Shown here piece after piece: positions 49,801-58,803 of a stretch of DNA of 64,000 nt. The DNA is from Roseibacillus sp. GTDB taxonomy: Bacteria; Verrucomicrobiota; Verrucomicrobiia; Verrucomicrobiales; Akkermansiaceae. The stretch lies in the NCBI GenBank assembly GCA_965242925.1, contig CBDEUM010000009.1, forward strand, positions 1 to 64,000. Reading direction: 5' to 3'. Position numbers and translations under genes: made by a program. The notes beneath the pieces are model-generated. The model did no database searches and had not been told where the DNA came from. It saw only the letters and a program-made list of their open reading frames with translations. Each line of letters starts with the position of its first letter. The stretch's first letter is position 1.

Positions 49801-51685
49801 AAGCCGAGGTCCCCTGTGTCCGCATCTCGCTCTCCACATCGGTCGTGATGTACTGGTCAAAGTCCTGCCCGGTATCATATCCCACGCCCTGCCCCGTTCC
49901 CGAGATCCAGTCCACACCGGGGCTGAAGGAATCAACCTGCCAGGTGTTCCCCAGCGACCCATTGGTGGGAATCAATACCTCGGCGTCGGAGCTCCCGATA
50001 AGATTATGGGAAGCTCCACCCGCTTGAAAGATCCCATAGGAAACATCATTGAATTGAGGAGGGAAGAGCGGAGCAAACTCGGTTACGATGGTCGTTCCGT
50101 CCCCCTTCACGAGTGCGAGATACTCGCCGCCCGTGCCCAGGCGAAAGTTGGTGTGAAGGAAGCCGGCGGCGTCGACATAATCATCGGTTCTCTGACCGGA
50201 TGCGAAGACGAGCAGATAACCGTTCGCAGGGATGGTGGTGGCGGCTGGAAACCGCCACTTCTCCAAATTGTCCCCCTCATCGGTCAGGTGCCACCCGGTG
50301 AGATCGGCCACTCCGGGACCGGCATTGTAGATTTCAATCCAGTCTGAGGAGTTGCCGTCGCCATCGTCCAGGGCAAGTCCATTGCTGGCCATGAATTCGT
50401 TGATGCGCACTCCGGAATCCGGGATCACAGCACCCACCCGGGCGGTGAGATTCACGACCGCGGTGGAATCGCTCGCATCATTCGAGGTGATGGTCAGTTG
50501 GGCGTCGAATTCGCCCTCCTCGCCGAGCGGATCGAAACTCAAACTGATCAATCCGGCCGCAAGGGGCAGGAGATTGGCGGGAGCAGCAGAGACCGTGAAG
50601 TGATCGGCATCCGCACCGCCGATGGAGGTGTTGGAGATCGTCAAGGTCTGTCCTCCGCCCCCGTTTGAGATGGGCAACGCCCCGTTCTGAACTCCCCCCC
50701 CAGCGGCGAACTGCCCCAAGTCATGACTGTCCGCTACCACCAGTTTCGGATCGTGGAGGAAGCCACTCAGGCCCACAACCGCAGTGGGCGTGTCCAGATC
50801 AGTGCTCTGCACCTGCAGGCCGGCTGAGATCGTTCCAGAGAGGCCGGTTGGGTTGAAGCTGATCTGGATGATGCCATTCCCCCCCGGTGCCAGGGATGCG
50901 GGGGCCGACAACTCGGAAAAGGCCCCTGCATGGACTCCCGTGAACGAGATCCCGTTGATGGTGAGGGTCCGGGTCGCTCCGAGGTTGCTGATCGCAACAT
51001 CGAAGGTCTGCACCGAGCCATCGAGATCCAGGCCGACATTGGCAGGCAGAGCGATGAGAGGATCGGTGGTGGGGGCGACAATTTCGAAGGCGATCTCTCC
51101 CAACCCGACGCGATCCCCTCCCGGTGGTGGTCCATTCCCCCCGTTCGAGTAAAAGTTGTCCGCGCAGGTAAACTCAACGTAGCGGGCCGTCACGGATTGA
51201 TCGAAGGCAAAACTTTGCCGCGCAACGTTGTCGATTACCGGATTGAAGATCGGATTGTAGGTGATGGAAGATCCGAAACTTCCCGTGCCCTCCGCGTCCG
51301 TTGCAAACTGCAGACTGAACTCGCTCAACCCGTTGGCATTGGTGGCGGAGTAACCCCACACGCTCACTTCCGTGAGCGGAAGATCGTCCCCCAGATCGAA
51401 AACCAGAACAGGCGCGCCGGCCACCGCGAGATAGTCCGACGGAAAACCACCCGGCGCACCAGTGACCCAGAGAGCTCCCGAACCACTCCCCGTCTGGTCA
51501 TGAGGTTCAGCATTTGCGAATCCCGATCCCGGGCCCTGGATCAGATTGGAAACCGGCCAGAGGTCGCCAGTGGACGACGTTGTGACGCTGTCGATCGGAT
51601 GAAAGTTGGCCGCTCCAGCGGGAAACGCGCCGATGACACCAAGAACCACGGCAACAGCCGCATTCATAAAATTGGGGCGATTCAT
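46820..51685 (-). CDS. Giant exported protein: conserved N-terminal domain, Ig-like repeats, lamin-tail domains, CotH-type kinase
   Basis: Signal peptide; FHPI..GDLWPVSNLIQGPG domain; INEFMASN..DWIEIYN and VSELMYHP..EFIELMN (LTD); VRKRGG, KNFYGY, PWDKDWTFG (CotH); C-terminal SSDLVNW...RRFVRV. Confidence 0.85.
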   Translation of the reverse strand: MNRPNFMNAAVAVVLGVIGAFPAGAANFHPIDSVTTSSTGDLWPVSNLIQGPGSGFANAEPHDQTGSGSGALWVTGAPGGFPSDYLAVAGAPVLVFDLGDDLPLTEVSVWGYSATNANGLSEFSLQFATDAEGTGSFGSSITYNPIFNPVIDNVARQSFAFDQSVTARYVEFTCADNFYSNGGNGPPPGGDRVGLGEIAFEIVAPTTDPLIALPANVGLDLDGSVQTFDVAISNLGATRTLTINGISFTGVHAGAFSELSAPASLAPGGNGIIQISFNPTGLSGTISAGLQVQSTDLDTPTAVVGLSGFLHDPKLVVADSHDLGQFAAGGGVQNGALPISNGGGGQTLTISNTSIGGADADHFTVSAAPANLLPLAAGLISLSFDPLGEEGEFDAQLTITSNDASDSTAVVNLTARVGAVIPDSGVRINEFMASNGLALDDGDGNSSDWIEIYNAGPGVADLTGWHLTDEGDNLEKWRFPAATTIPANGYLLVFASGQRTDDYVDAAGFLHTNFRLGTGGEYLALVKGDGTTIVTEFAPLFPPQFNDVSYGIFQAGGASHNLIGSSDAEVLIPTNGSLGNTWQVDSFSPGVDWISGTGQGVGYDTGQDFDQYITTDVESEMRTQGTSAFIRFPFALVDASTVTELSLSFRYDDGFVAYLNGSEIANRNAPDLPVWDDTADGNVNESANSETIDVSAFLGDLQNGANVFAVHGLNRSSGSSDFLVEVSLEASVSGGGPLSFGYLSSPTPGLPNADSTTPGPVIQNVSHLPAQQPTSLQNIVVTAEVAPRLAAITTVNLVYRVDFGGEVVIPMTVDAGSYTASIPSSVYRSGDMVRWYVSASDGDGNVGRAPVFLDRTGNNQSPEYFGTVILDVRLTSPLPVFQWFAQSESAANTRSGTRASVYFGERFYDNIFVRKRGGATNGSSQKFNFNKGDGLYINSEMPSVGEINMNARGSDSTYVRQTLAFEAYQAAGNAGCNSALWYMRLNGIFDRVGVFIEQVDEDFLDRNGYDPASDLYKFVQRSNLNPVFFDTITGIEKKTGDQSDLTTVQNLVSGLNRRTSTARRRYVIDNLDLPQIVNYLAVRSITQDADDVRKNFYGYVDNRGDQRWRIFPWDKDWTFGVTGDGGTHLPHPFFGDQEHAKQNANQWNVLYDVLFEETTTQRLYLRRLRTVMDEVLQPSSTPRARRYFENRVAEIIAPASPPLSSSISSINNYLNSRRNVLFRNYPGLIPASQVANPDIRISAVEQNPVSANQDEEYIVLTNHEATEIDISGWKLTGGVEFTFAPGTVIERGGDLYLSPDTLAFRNRGTSPTGNEERLVVGPYAGHLSNFGETLNLVNPAEVIVSAFQTPVNPSDPQRYLVVSELMYHPAGFNPDAEFIELMNISDSVTVNLSGVHFTAGIDYTFPAGTVLAPGARIVVPFTDFQNGSRFNNGSDRIKLEDATNSTIREFAYDDEAPWPTGPDGGGFSLVLRNPAGNPDHNDPANWRESTWPGGNPGGSDAVFFTGNPNDDLDFDGLGALLEHATGSSDQVPNGSPVALATTGDGRFVLTLQVNLAADDVTHRLELSSDLVNWTDAGAEFSLLSFTNHGDGTATRTYQSVSGLVSAAVPRRFVRVEFSRSP

Positions 51686-51770
51686 AAGATAGTGAGCCAA
51701 TCGTCTCCAGAGCGAGAACACCCTGGAGACGGATGCATGGTTGGGGGAATTACCTGGGCACGCTCGCCGC

Positions 51771-51804
51771 AAAATCGCGCGCCTGCAAGGCGAAGCAGGC
51801 GTGC
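51771..51804 (-). terminator. Possible weak terminator or processing hairpin
   Basis: Minus strand gcacgcctgc-ttcgcctt-gcaggcgcgc then gatttt, just after the stop of 51813..54410. Confidence 0.35.
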
Positions 51805-51812
51805 TGATCAAT

Positions 51813-54410
51813 CTAGCGGGCAGTCACCTGCACATCGTCCACGTAGAATCCGAAATATTCGGCGGGATCCACGAAGTTGTCGGATTCAAGGCGGAACTGG
51901 ATCTTGATCATCCTGCCCATGGCCGCTGCCGGCAGGGGGTGCCGGGAGTTCTCCCATTCGGTCGAGAGACCATCGATGCCCGTCTCGATATCTGCGATGA
52001 GAGAGTTGTCGGTCGCATCCAGAATCGAGACCGATCCAAAATCAAAAACAGCTTCGATATCGATAAAGCGCGCGTAATTCAGGGTCGCCTCGCTGGCCGC
52101 GGTCAGGTCAATTGCCGGCGAACGCAACCAGACATTGGCTTCGATTTCGTAGCCCCCGGACAGATTCGTTCCGAAGCAGTTCACCAGGCTATTGGCAGCC
52201 GGAGGGCCGACCAGGGATGGCGGCCCGAATTCCCAGGCTGTCCCGACTGCGCCGGAGGAGCCGGTTTCCCAATCGCCCGGGCCACTCTCGAAATCGTCAG
52301 CAAAGACCTCCACGGGCGGCACCGGAAACGATTCAGCCACGAAGAGCCGGAGCGGATCAACCGGACGCGGAATGATGAGCGTGTTCCGCGGAGGAGTCGC
52401 CGCAATCTCCATGTGCCCATCGTAGATCGGCCAATTCGCGGGCGGGCCATCGGCTGGTTCGGCCTCACTCCGAATGTTGTAAAGGAAGCCTGCCTGACTG
52501 TCCCAGGTCAGGATCAGATCCTCACCCGAATCCTCGACATTGAAGAAAAAAGTGGGCGTTTCACAGGTCGTAATCTCAAAGGCGACTTCACCGATCCCGA
52601 CGCGATCACCTCCTGGAATCTCGCCACCAGCCCCGGTGCCAGGGGCAATGAAGTGATTGTCCAGACAGGTCAGCTCAACATAGCGCGCAGTGATCTCCTG
52701 ACCGAAGAGAAAGCTGAAGCGCGAGATGTCGTCTTCATTGGGTAGCGCTCCGGAATCGATTCCTCCATAGCTGGGATTGAAATCGATGCTCGTTTCGAAT
52801 CCGTTCGGGCCATCCACCTCTGAGGCGAAGCGCAGGCTGAACTCACTCAATCCGTTCGAATTCGAGGCCGCGTATCCCCAGATGCTGATCTCACAGAGCG
52901 GAACATTTCCGCCCAGGTCAAAGATGAGGATCGGCAGCCCCGTCGTCTCAATGTAGTCGCAGGGAAACCCGCAGGCCGCGGTCACCCACAGCCCTCCGGC
53001 ACCACCTGCCGTCTTCTCGTGCGGTTGCACGTCAGAAAATCCCACCCCGGGTCCCTGGATCAGGTTGGAGGCCGGCCAGAGATCGTTGCCGGAAGTTGAG
53101 GCTTGCACGCTCGCTATCGGATAGAACTGATCCGCATCGCCAAGAACTTCTGCACTGATCTGAACCTCCGCCGTAGGCGTGTCGGGATCGTTACTCTCAA
53201 TTTGGAACGTGGCTGAAATCGGCCCGTCCAATCCTGCGGGATCGATCTCGATCTGAAAGAGTTCGTCACTGAGCATCGGAATCGAACTGGGTGGGTTGAC
53301 CACGCTGAATGCTCCCGCGTTCGGTCCCGTGAAACTGACCCCACTGATGGTGAGATCGGATCCTCCGCCATTCGTGATGGTGAGATCAAAGATATCGAGA
53401 GACGTAATCCTGCCCCGGTCAACCGATCCCGGAACCACTATGTCCTGCTCGGTGGGAGGGACCGTTCCGGTCAGGAGCACCTCTCGGACAGCGTCATCCG
53501 GATCATTGCTGGAGATCAGCAGCGTTGCGGAAACCGGCCCCGCCAATCCGGCAGGATTGAATTGCACTTCAATAATATCATCGGAGAGAGCCCCGAGGCC
53601 AGGCGGGAAAGAGGGCACTCGAAAGGCGTTCGCATTGGGACCAGCCAAATTGACCGAACTGATCAGTAGTTCCGAATTCCCAACATTGGCTACCGGGATG
53701 TCGAAGACGTCCACCATGGTGGTCAGAGAAAGAACGATCTCCGACTCGATCGAGATTTGCGGATCAGGCGAGATGAGCGTCTCCTCAAAGGCGATCTCAC
53801 CAACGCCCACCCGGTCGCCCCCCGCTGGCGGGCCATTCCCGCCATTGGTGATGTGCGTGGAAGTCACCTCCACCCGCACGTAGCGAGCCGTCACCGGATT
53901 GAAGCTAAAGCTCTGGCGAGGCGCAGTTTCAATGGTCGCTTCGAAAGATGGATTGGCCGTGATCGACGTGCCGTAGGATTCGTCTCCGAGCCCGGCGCCG
54001 CCGCCCTCGGCCTCAGTGGCGAAACTCACGTTGAATCCCTTCACCCCATTGGCATTGTTGGTGGAGTAGCCCCAGTAGCTGATCTCGGCCACCGTAACGT
54101 CCGACCCAAGATCGAACCAGAGGTATTCTGGCCCGGCATGCACGGCGACATAGTCAGAGGGAAAGCCCCCTGGAGCATCGGTATACCAGGTAGGACTCGG
54201 ACCAGCGTGGGGTTCAGCAGCTCCGAAGCCGATGCCGGGCCCCTGAATGATGTTGCTGATCGGATTATCACCGGGGTTGCCATCGTTCATGTTGGAACCA
54301 ATCGCATTGATGGGGTGGAAGTTGGCGGCCTGCAGACCAACGGTGCCGAAGAGCAGGCTGCCTGCCGCCAGGACCAGCTGCCGGCCTGGGTAGATTTGGA
54401 AGGATCTCAT
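51813..54410 (-). CDS. Exported scaffold-like protein: two copies of the conserved domain, two Ig-like (ASPM/choice-of-anchor-D-like) domains, C-terminal MAM-like domain
   Basis: Signal GSLLFGTVGLQA; two ISSND/IESNDPD-ending Ig repeats; C-terminal FADDFESG...LRSPAIDL...VDDVQV homologous to the end of gene 1..2054. Confidence 0.8.
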   Translation of the reverse strand: MRSFQIYPGRQLVLAAGSLLFGTVGLQAANFHPINAIGSNMNDGNPGDNPISNIIQGPGIGFGAAEPHAGPSPTWYTDAPGGFPSDYVAVHAGPEYLWFDLGSDVTVAEISYWGYSTNNANGVKGFNVSFATEAEGGGAGLGDESYGTSITANPSFEATIETAPRQSFSFNPVTARYVRVEVTSTHITNGGNGPPAGGDRVGVGEIAFEETLISPDPQISIESEIVLSLTTMVDVFDIPVANVGNSELLISSVNLAGPNANAFRVPSFPPGLGALSDDIIEVQFNPAGLAGPVSATLLISSNDPDDAVREVLLTGTVPPTEQDIVVPGSVDRGRITSLDIFDLTITNGGGSDLTISGVSFTGPNAGAFSVVNPPSSIPMLSDELFQIEIDPAGLDGPISATFQIESNDPDTPTAEVQISAEVLGDADQFYPIASVQASTSGNDLWPASNLIQGPGVGFSDVQPHEKTAGGAGGLWVTAACGFPCDYIETTGLPILIFDLGGNVPLCEISIWGYAASNSNGLSEFSLRFASEVDGPNGFETSIDFNPSYGGIDSGALPNEDDISRFSFLFGQEITARYVELTCLDNHFIAPGTGAGGEIPGGDRVGIGEVAFEITTCETPTFFFNVEDSGEDLILTWDSQAGFLYNIRSEAEPADGPPANWPIYDGHMEIAATPPRNTLIIPRPVDPLRLFVAESFPVPPVEVFADDFESGPGDWETGSSGAVGTAWEFGPPSLVGPPAANSLVNCFGTNLSGGYEIEANVWLRSPAIDLTAASEATLNYARFIDIEAVFDFGSVSILDATDNSLIADIETGIDGLSTEWENSRHPLPAAAMGRMIKIQFRLESDNFVDPAEYFGFYVDDVQVTAR

Positions 54411-54436
54411 GGGTGGTAGGGAGAGTGATTTGCGAG

Positions 54437-54479
54437 AAAAGGAAAACGCCCTTCCCGGCGTTGTCGACCGGAAAGGGCG
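54437..54479 (-). terminator. Rho-independent terminator after the PEP-CTERM gene
   Basis: Minus strand cgccctttccgg-tcgacaacg-ccgggaagggcg followed by ttttcctttt. Confidence 0.75.
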
Positions 54480-54510
54480 CTGTCGAAAATTCGTTGATCG
54501 CAGCGCCCGA

Positions 54511-55170
54511 CTAGCGGCGGCGACGGAAGGCGAGCCCGGCAAGCCCGAGGAATCCAAGGAGCGCGGAGGATGGCTCCGGAACGCTGAAGGCAACCTCACC
54601 AAGCCCAGCGCGATCCCCACCCGCTGGCGGGCCATTCCCGCCGTTGGTAATGTGGGTCGAGTGCACCGTCATCTCGACGTAACGCGCAGTCACCGCTCCG
54701 AATCCATTGGTCTGCATGGAGACATCATCGATGAGCATCGAGAGCATGGGATTCGAAGTGATTGAAGTTCCGAATCCACCGGTTCCGTCGGCATCCGTGG
54801 CAAAGCGTAAACTAAAGTCCTTCACCCCGTTGGCATTGCTGACGGAGTAGCCCCAGGTGTGAATCGCGTTGATGGGCGTATCGCTGCCCAGATCAAATGT
54901 CAGGATGGGCTCCCCAGCCACAGCAATGAAGTCGGAGGGAAACCCACCAGGAGCTCCCGTCACCCAACGGCTGCCACCAGCGTTACCAAGCTGATTGTGA
55001 GGATCGTTGGCATCGAAACCCACGCCAGGTCCTTGCACGAGGTTTGACGCCGGCCAGAGATCACCGGTGGTGGTAGTTGTCGCCGAAACCGGCGAAATTA
55101 AGACATGGCTACCATGGGACATCGCAGCCGACGCGAGAATCACTGCGAATACTGTTAAGGGCTTTCTCAT
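54511..55170 (-). CDS. PEP-CTERM protein consisting of one copy of the conserved domain
   Basis: Signal peptide MRKPLTVFAVILASAAMSHG; C-terminus VPEPSSALLGFLGLAGLAFRRRR. Confidence 0.93.
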   Translation of the reverse strand: MRKPLTVFAVILASAAMSHGSHVLISPVSATTTTTGDLWPASNLVQGPGVGFDANDPHNQLGNAGGSRWVTGAPGGFPSDFIAVAGEPILTFDLGSDTPINAIHTWGYSVSNANGVKDFSLRFATDADGTGGFGTSITSNPMLSMLIDDVSMQTNGFGAVTARYVEMTVHSTHITNGGNGPPAGGDRAGLGEVAFSVPEPSSALLGFLGLAGLAFRRRR

Positions 55171-55292
55171 TTTTGGGTGTTACTTTGAATCTCTGGACCT
55201 ATTTTTCTAGGGGTATTCTTTGGGAGTGAAAATCAAAATCTGCGGGAAAAGTAATAAATTCTCAGGACCGGCTCGGAGGGAGAAGTCAGGAC

Positions 55293-58200
55293 CTAATTGG
55301 AAACCTGCAAGAAAACTTGCACTGCACCAGAATTGGTGGCGATCACGACATCGTGCCGGGAATCTCCATTGAGATTGATAATCTCCACCGCCGTAGCATC
55401 CCCAGGGATTATGATACCGCTCTGAGCGGGCAGGATCGGGAGAAATCCTCCCGTTCCGTCGCCCTTCAGCAGGAGGCTCAGGCCGCCGTCCATGCGGCCG
55501 GTCTCACGCTGCGGACCAAAGAAATTCTGCGCGATAATCAGGTCCGGGTGCACGTCGGCGTCGGCATCCAGAAACGCGACGCCGAATCCCGGGGAAGCTT
55601 GGGCGAGTCGCGGGAGCGGGCGGAAGGCGAACGTCCCCATGCCATCATTGATGAGGATGCCGCTCTCAAGGGTGTTCACCTCCAAGCGCAGGCAATTCGC
55701 AAGAATGGCTTCATCATAGATCTCCTCCAGCTTCGCACTTGCATATTGATGGAAGGTCGGGAATTTCTCCCGAAGATGTGGCATTGCCTGGGTCGAACAG
55801 CTTTTACCTCGCACCGGGCGCAGTCCGCCTCCCTCCCCCGGCTTTGCCTCCACAAGATTCTTTCTCCCCGATGCCGCGAGGTCACCATGATAAATCACCT
55901 GCGGATTCTCGACAGACGGGTGATACTTGGTGTTTTGACCAAAGTTGGTGACCGCGAAGTCGAGATCGCCATCCCCGTCGATATCCGCTCCCGCGATCCC
56001 GTTCCACCAACCTAACAACTGAGCCAGCCCCGAATCCGTGGTGTGTTCAATGAGTTCGCCTTCCTGGTTCAGGAAGGAGCGCACCGGTCCATACTCGGCG
56101 GTCACCAACAGATCGGGCCAGCGATCACCATTGACATCCGCCCAGAGAGCATCGGTCACCATGCCAATCGCAAGCGGCCCGCCAGTTACTGTAAAGTTCC
56201 CGCCCTCGTTCTTCAGCAGGCGGCTCATGGGGGAAGACGGATAGGCCCCGGGCACCAGCCGTCCACCGACAAACAGGTCGAGATCGCCATCGCGATCAAA
56301 ATCGACAACCGCAACCGGCCCGGAGCTCTCACGCAGGTCGGGAACCGCCCCTCCAGCCTTCACAAAACGCGGTGACCCGCCCGTGCCTTGGTTGAGATAG
56401 AGGCGATCGAGGTAACTGGCATCGCCCACCGGAGCTTCCACGCCCCCGCTTGCCACATACAAATCGAGGTCGCCGTCGCCATCGGCGTCGAAGAACACGC
56501 ATCCCATGTCCTCGCACTCGCGGTCCGGGGCGAACCAGGTCTTGCCCTCAAGTTTGACGAACTTCCCCGGCTCTGCGCACAGGAAAATCTGTCCCACTTG
56601 CCCGGCCGCGCCTCCCAGGAAGAGATCCTTGTCGCCGTCGCCATCGATATCGCCCCACGCCATGGCCGGACCGGACTGCGAGAGTTTGTTCGGGAGCAGT
56701 GGTTGCAGGGCGAAGTCGTCGAATGGACGTTCGACGTGACGCGCGGCCGCGAGCATCTCGGATTTCTCAAAGAGGGGAGGAATCGGGGCAGGCGGTTCGG
56801 CCGGCGCCTCGGCGGTCGGTTCGGCGATGGTGTAAAGACGATCGGCCGCGAGGTTCCCGAACTCCTGGATCATGCCGCTCGGCCAGTGTACACTCAGGCT
56901 GATGATCCGGTCTTGGCTTCCGAGCCCGATGGAACAGATGCCTGGTTCATCAGAGGACATGAAGCCGCCTCCGCCATTGAAGAAACGCACATGTTGGCTC
57001 GAGCCAGTCGTCACTCGCACCAAGGCGCCGAAGCCCGAGCGGTTACTGCGGGTTCCCTGCAGGCGGATCCTGATCCGATGATGGCGCGCGGAGCGATTGC
57101 GGTAAAGGCTCGGCGCCGAGGAGAAGTTGTTGACGACAAGATCGAGGTCCCCATCACCGTCGAGGTCGCCCAACCCTGCACCGAAACTGATCGCGAGTTC
57201 GTCGATTCCCCAGGCGGGGCCTTGTTTGTGAAATCCGTAGTCGCCATCATTTCGAAATGCGAGGTTCCTCTCCGGGAGGCGCGGGGCCTTGCGCCAGGCG
57301 CTCGGATCGGAGGCGCGGCCGCTCTTGGCAAGCTGGGCCGCGAAATCGCTGTTGAGGTAATCGAAGGGGAAACCGTTGGTCGCGAAGGCGTCTTCGAATC
57401 CATCTTCGTCGAGATCCGCGATCTTCATCGACCAAGTCCAGTTCGAACTCGCCAGGCCGGTGAGATGGGCGACCTCCATGAAGCGCTCGGTCCCCGTGTT
57501 CAGGTAGACAGCATTGCGCATGTACTGGCGGGGTTCGGCGGTGTCGAGGAACCACGCCACGGCCTCCATCGCACCCATTGAAATCTTCTCCCGGTAATGC
57601 GTCGTCGCAGACATGTCGGCCGCCACCAGATCGAGACGGCCGTCGTTGTTCAGGTCTCCCGTTGCGGAGCCCATCGTGAACCAGGGGGTGTGAGGCAGCG
57701 CAGTGGCCAGGATGTTCTCGAAGGTCCCGTCCCCGCGATTGCGGTAAAACTTGTCCGGGTCGGTGAAGTCGTTCGAGACGTAAAGATCGGGGTATCCATC
57801 CGCGTCGTAGTCCCACCACGTCACGTCCAGTCCGTGGTCTGGTCCCTCGATGCCGGCGTTCTTGCTTACATCCACAAAGTCCAGCCTTCCCGTTTCCACG
57901 AGGAGGTTCTTGAAGAGGTGATCGAACTGCCCGGCCTTGGTGAACTTCTGCTCGCCCCCGGGCAGGTTGATGACGCTGACCAGTTCGCGGTATGGCTCCT
58001 TCACGGTGTAGGTTCCGGGACCTCCCTCGTACTCAACCTTGGGATTGCCGATCGGTTCACGCCGGTTGGTGACCAGATAGGCATCCAGGTCGCCGTCGAG
58101 GTCATAGTCGGCGAACGCCATTTTGACGTTCGCGCCGATGAAGCTTAGCCCGCAGGCCTTTGCCCGCTCCACAAATGTTCCGTCGCCCCGGTTGAGGTAG

Positions 58201-58733
58201 AGCTGATTCTCCGAGGCGTAGGCACAGACGTAGAGGTCGAGCATTCCGTCATTGTTCAGGTCCGCAAAGCTCGCCCCGGTGCACCACGATTCATGGCCCC
58301 TGAGCCCGGCCGACACCGTGACATCCGCAAACTTGAAGCCGCCAAGGTTCCGGTAGAGGCGGCCGCCGCCATGGGGACGGGTGAAGTAAATGTCGCACAA
58401 GCCATCCCCGTCGTAGTCGCCCAAGGCCACCCCGCCCCCCGTAAACCCCGTCTTCTGCAACAACTCCTCGTGCGGGCTGTCCGGGGCCCAGAGATGAACA
58501 AAGTCAATCCCCGTCACCCCGGCGTCGAGTTTTTCAAACAGCGCCTCCCCCACGACTGCCGCCGGAATCGATCGTTCGAGCGGTTGCGATTCGATTGACC
58601 CAGCCGGGAGACCAGATTGCACCCAGTTCCGCCCGCTCTCGACTTCCTTCTCCCCGTCCTTCTCCTTGTCCTTCCCGGAGCAACCAGGCAGGAGCGCCAA
58701 GATCACGACGAGAATTGGAAAGCGCAGATTCAT
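55293..58733 (-). CDS. FG-GAP/VCBS-repeat lipoprotein with ASPIC/UnbV domain (CRTAC1-like)
   Basis: Lipobox LPGC; many DxDGDGxxDL repeats; NRSGFGALVRV...GGFMSS...GLG...VHWPSG (ASPIC); second propeller ending GRMDG. Confidence 0.88.
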   Translation of the reverse strand: MNLRFPILVVILALLPGCSGKDKEKDGEKEVESGRNWVQSGLPAGSIESQPLERSIPAAVVGEALFEKLDAGVTGIDFVHLWAPDSPHEELLQKTGFTGGGVALGDYDGDGLCDIYFTRPHGGGRLYRNLGGFKFADVTVSAGLRGHESWCTGASFADLNNDGMLDLYVCAYASENQLYLNRGDGTFVERAKACGLSFIGANVKMAFADYDLDGDLDAYLVTNRREPIGNPKVEYEGGPGTYTVKEPYRELVSVINLPGGEQKFTKAGQFDHLFKNLLVETGRLDFVDVSKNAGIEGPDHGLDVTWWDYDADGYPDLYVSNDFTDPDKFYRNRGDGTFENILATALPHTPWFTMGSATGDLNNDGRLDLVAADMSATTHYREKISMGAMEAVAWFLDTAEPRQYMRNAVYLNTGTERFMEVAHLTGLASSNWTWSMKIADLDEDGFEDAFATNGFPFDYLNSDFAAQLAKSGRASDPSAWRKAPRLPERNLAFRNDGDYGFHKQGPAWGIDELAISFGAGLGDLDGDGDLDLVVNNFSSAPSLYRNRSARHHRIRIRLQGTRSNRSGFGALVRVTTGSSQHVRFFNGGGGFMSSDEPGICSIGLGSQDRIISLSVHWPSGMIQEFGNLAADRLYTIAEPTAEAPAEPPAPIPPLFEKSEMLAAARHVERPFDDFALQPLLPNKLSQSGPAMAWGDIDGDGDKDLFLGGAAGQVGQIFLCAEPGKFVKLEGKTWFAPDRECEDMGCVFFDADGDGDLDLYVASGGVEAPVGDASYLDRLYLNQGTGGSPRFVKAGGAVPDLRESSGPVAVVDFDRDGDLDLFVGGRLVPGAYPSSPMSRLLKNEGGNFTVTGGPLAIGMVTDALWADVNGDRWPDLLVTAEYGPVRSFLNQEGELIEHTTDSGLAQLLGWWNGIAGADIDGDGDLDFAVTNFGQNTKYHPSVENPQVIYHGDLAASGRKNLVEAKPGEGGGLRPVRGKSCSTQAMPHLREKFPTFHQYASAKLEEIYDEAILANCLRLEVNTLESGILINDGMGTFAFRPLPRLAQASPGFGVAFLDADADVHPDLIIAQNFFGPQRETGRMDGGLSLLLKGDGTGGFLPILPAQSGIIIPGDATAVEIINLNGDSRHDVVIATNSGAVQVFLQVSN

Positions 58734-58803
58734 CAGGCGAAACGGAGCGGAACGATACAGTCGCAGATCACCCCTCGCCAATGATTAAAGAACCGGCCGC
58801 CTC

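Noticed and set aside
54411..54635. N-terminal extension of ORF 51813..54635, and similar extensions on lspA, rnhC, rsgA and 58804..62577
   Set aside because: They overlap neighbouring genes, a terminator or the tRNA; downstream starts give proper signal peptides or family N-termini.
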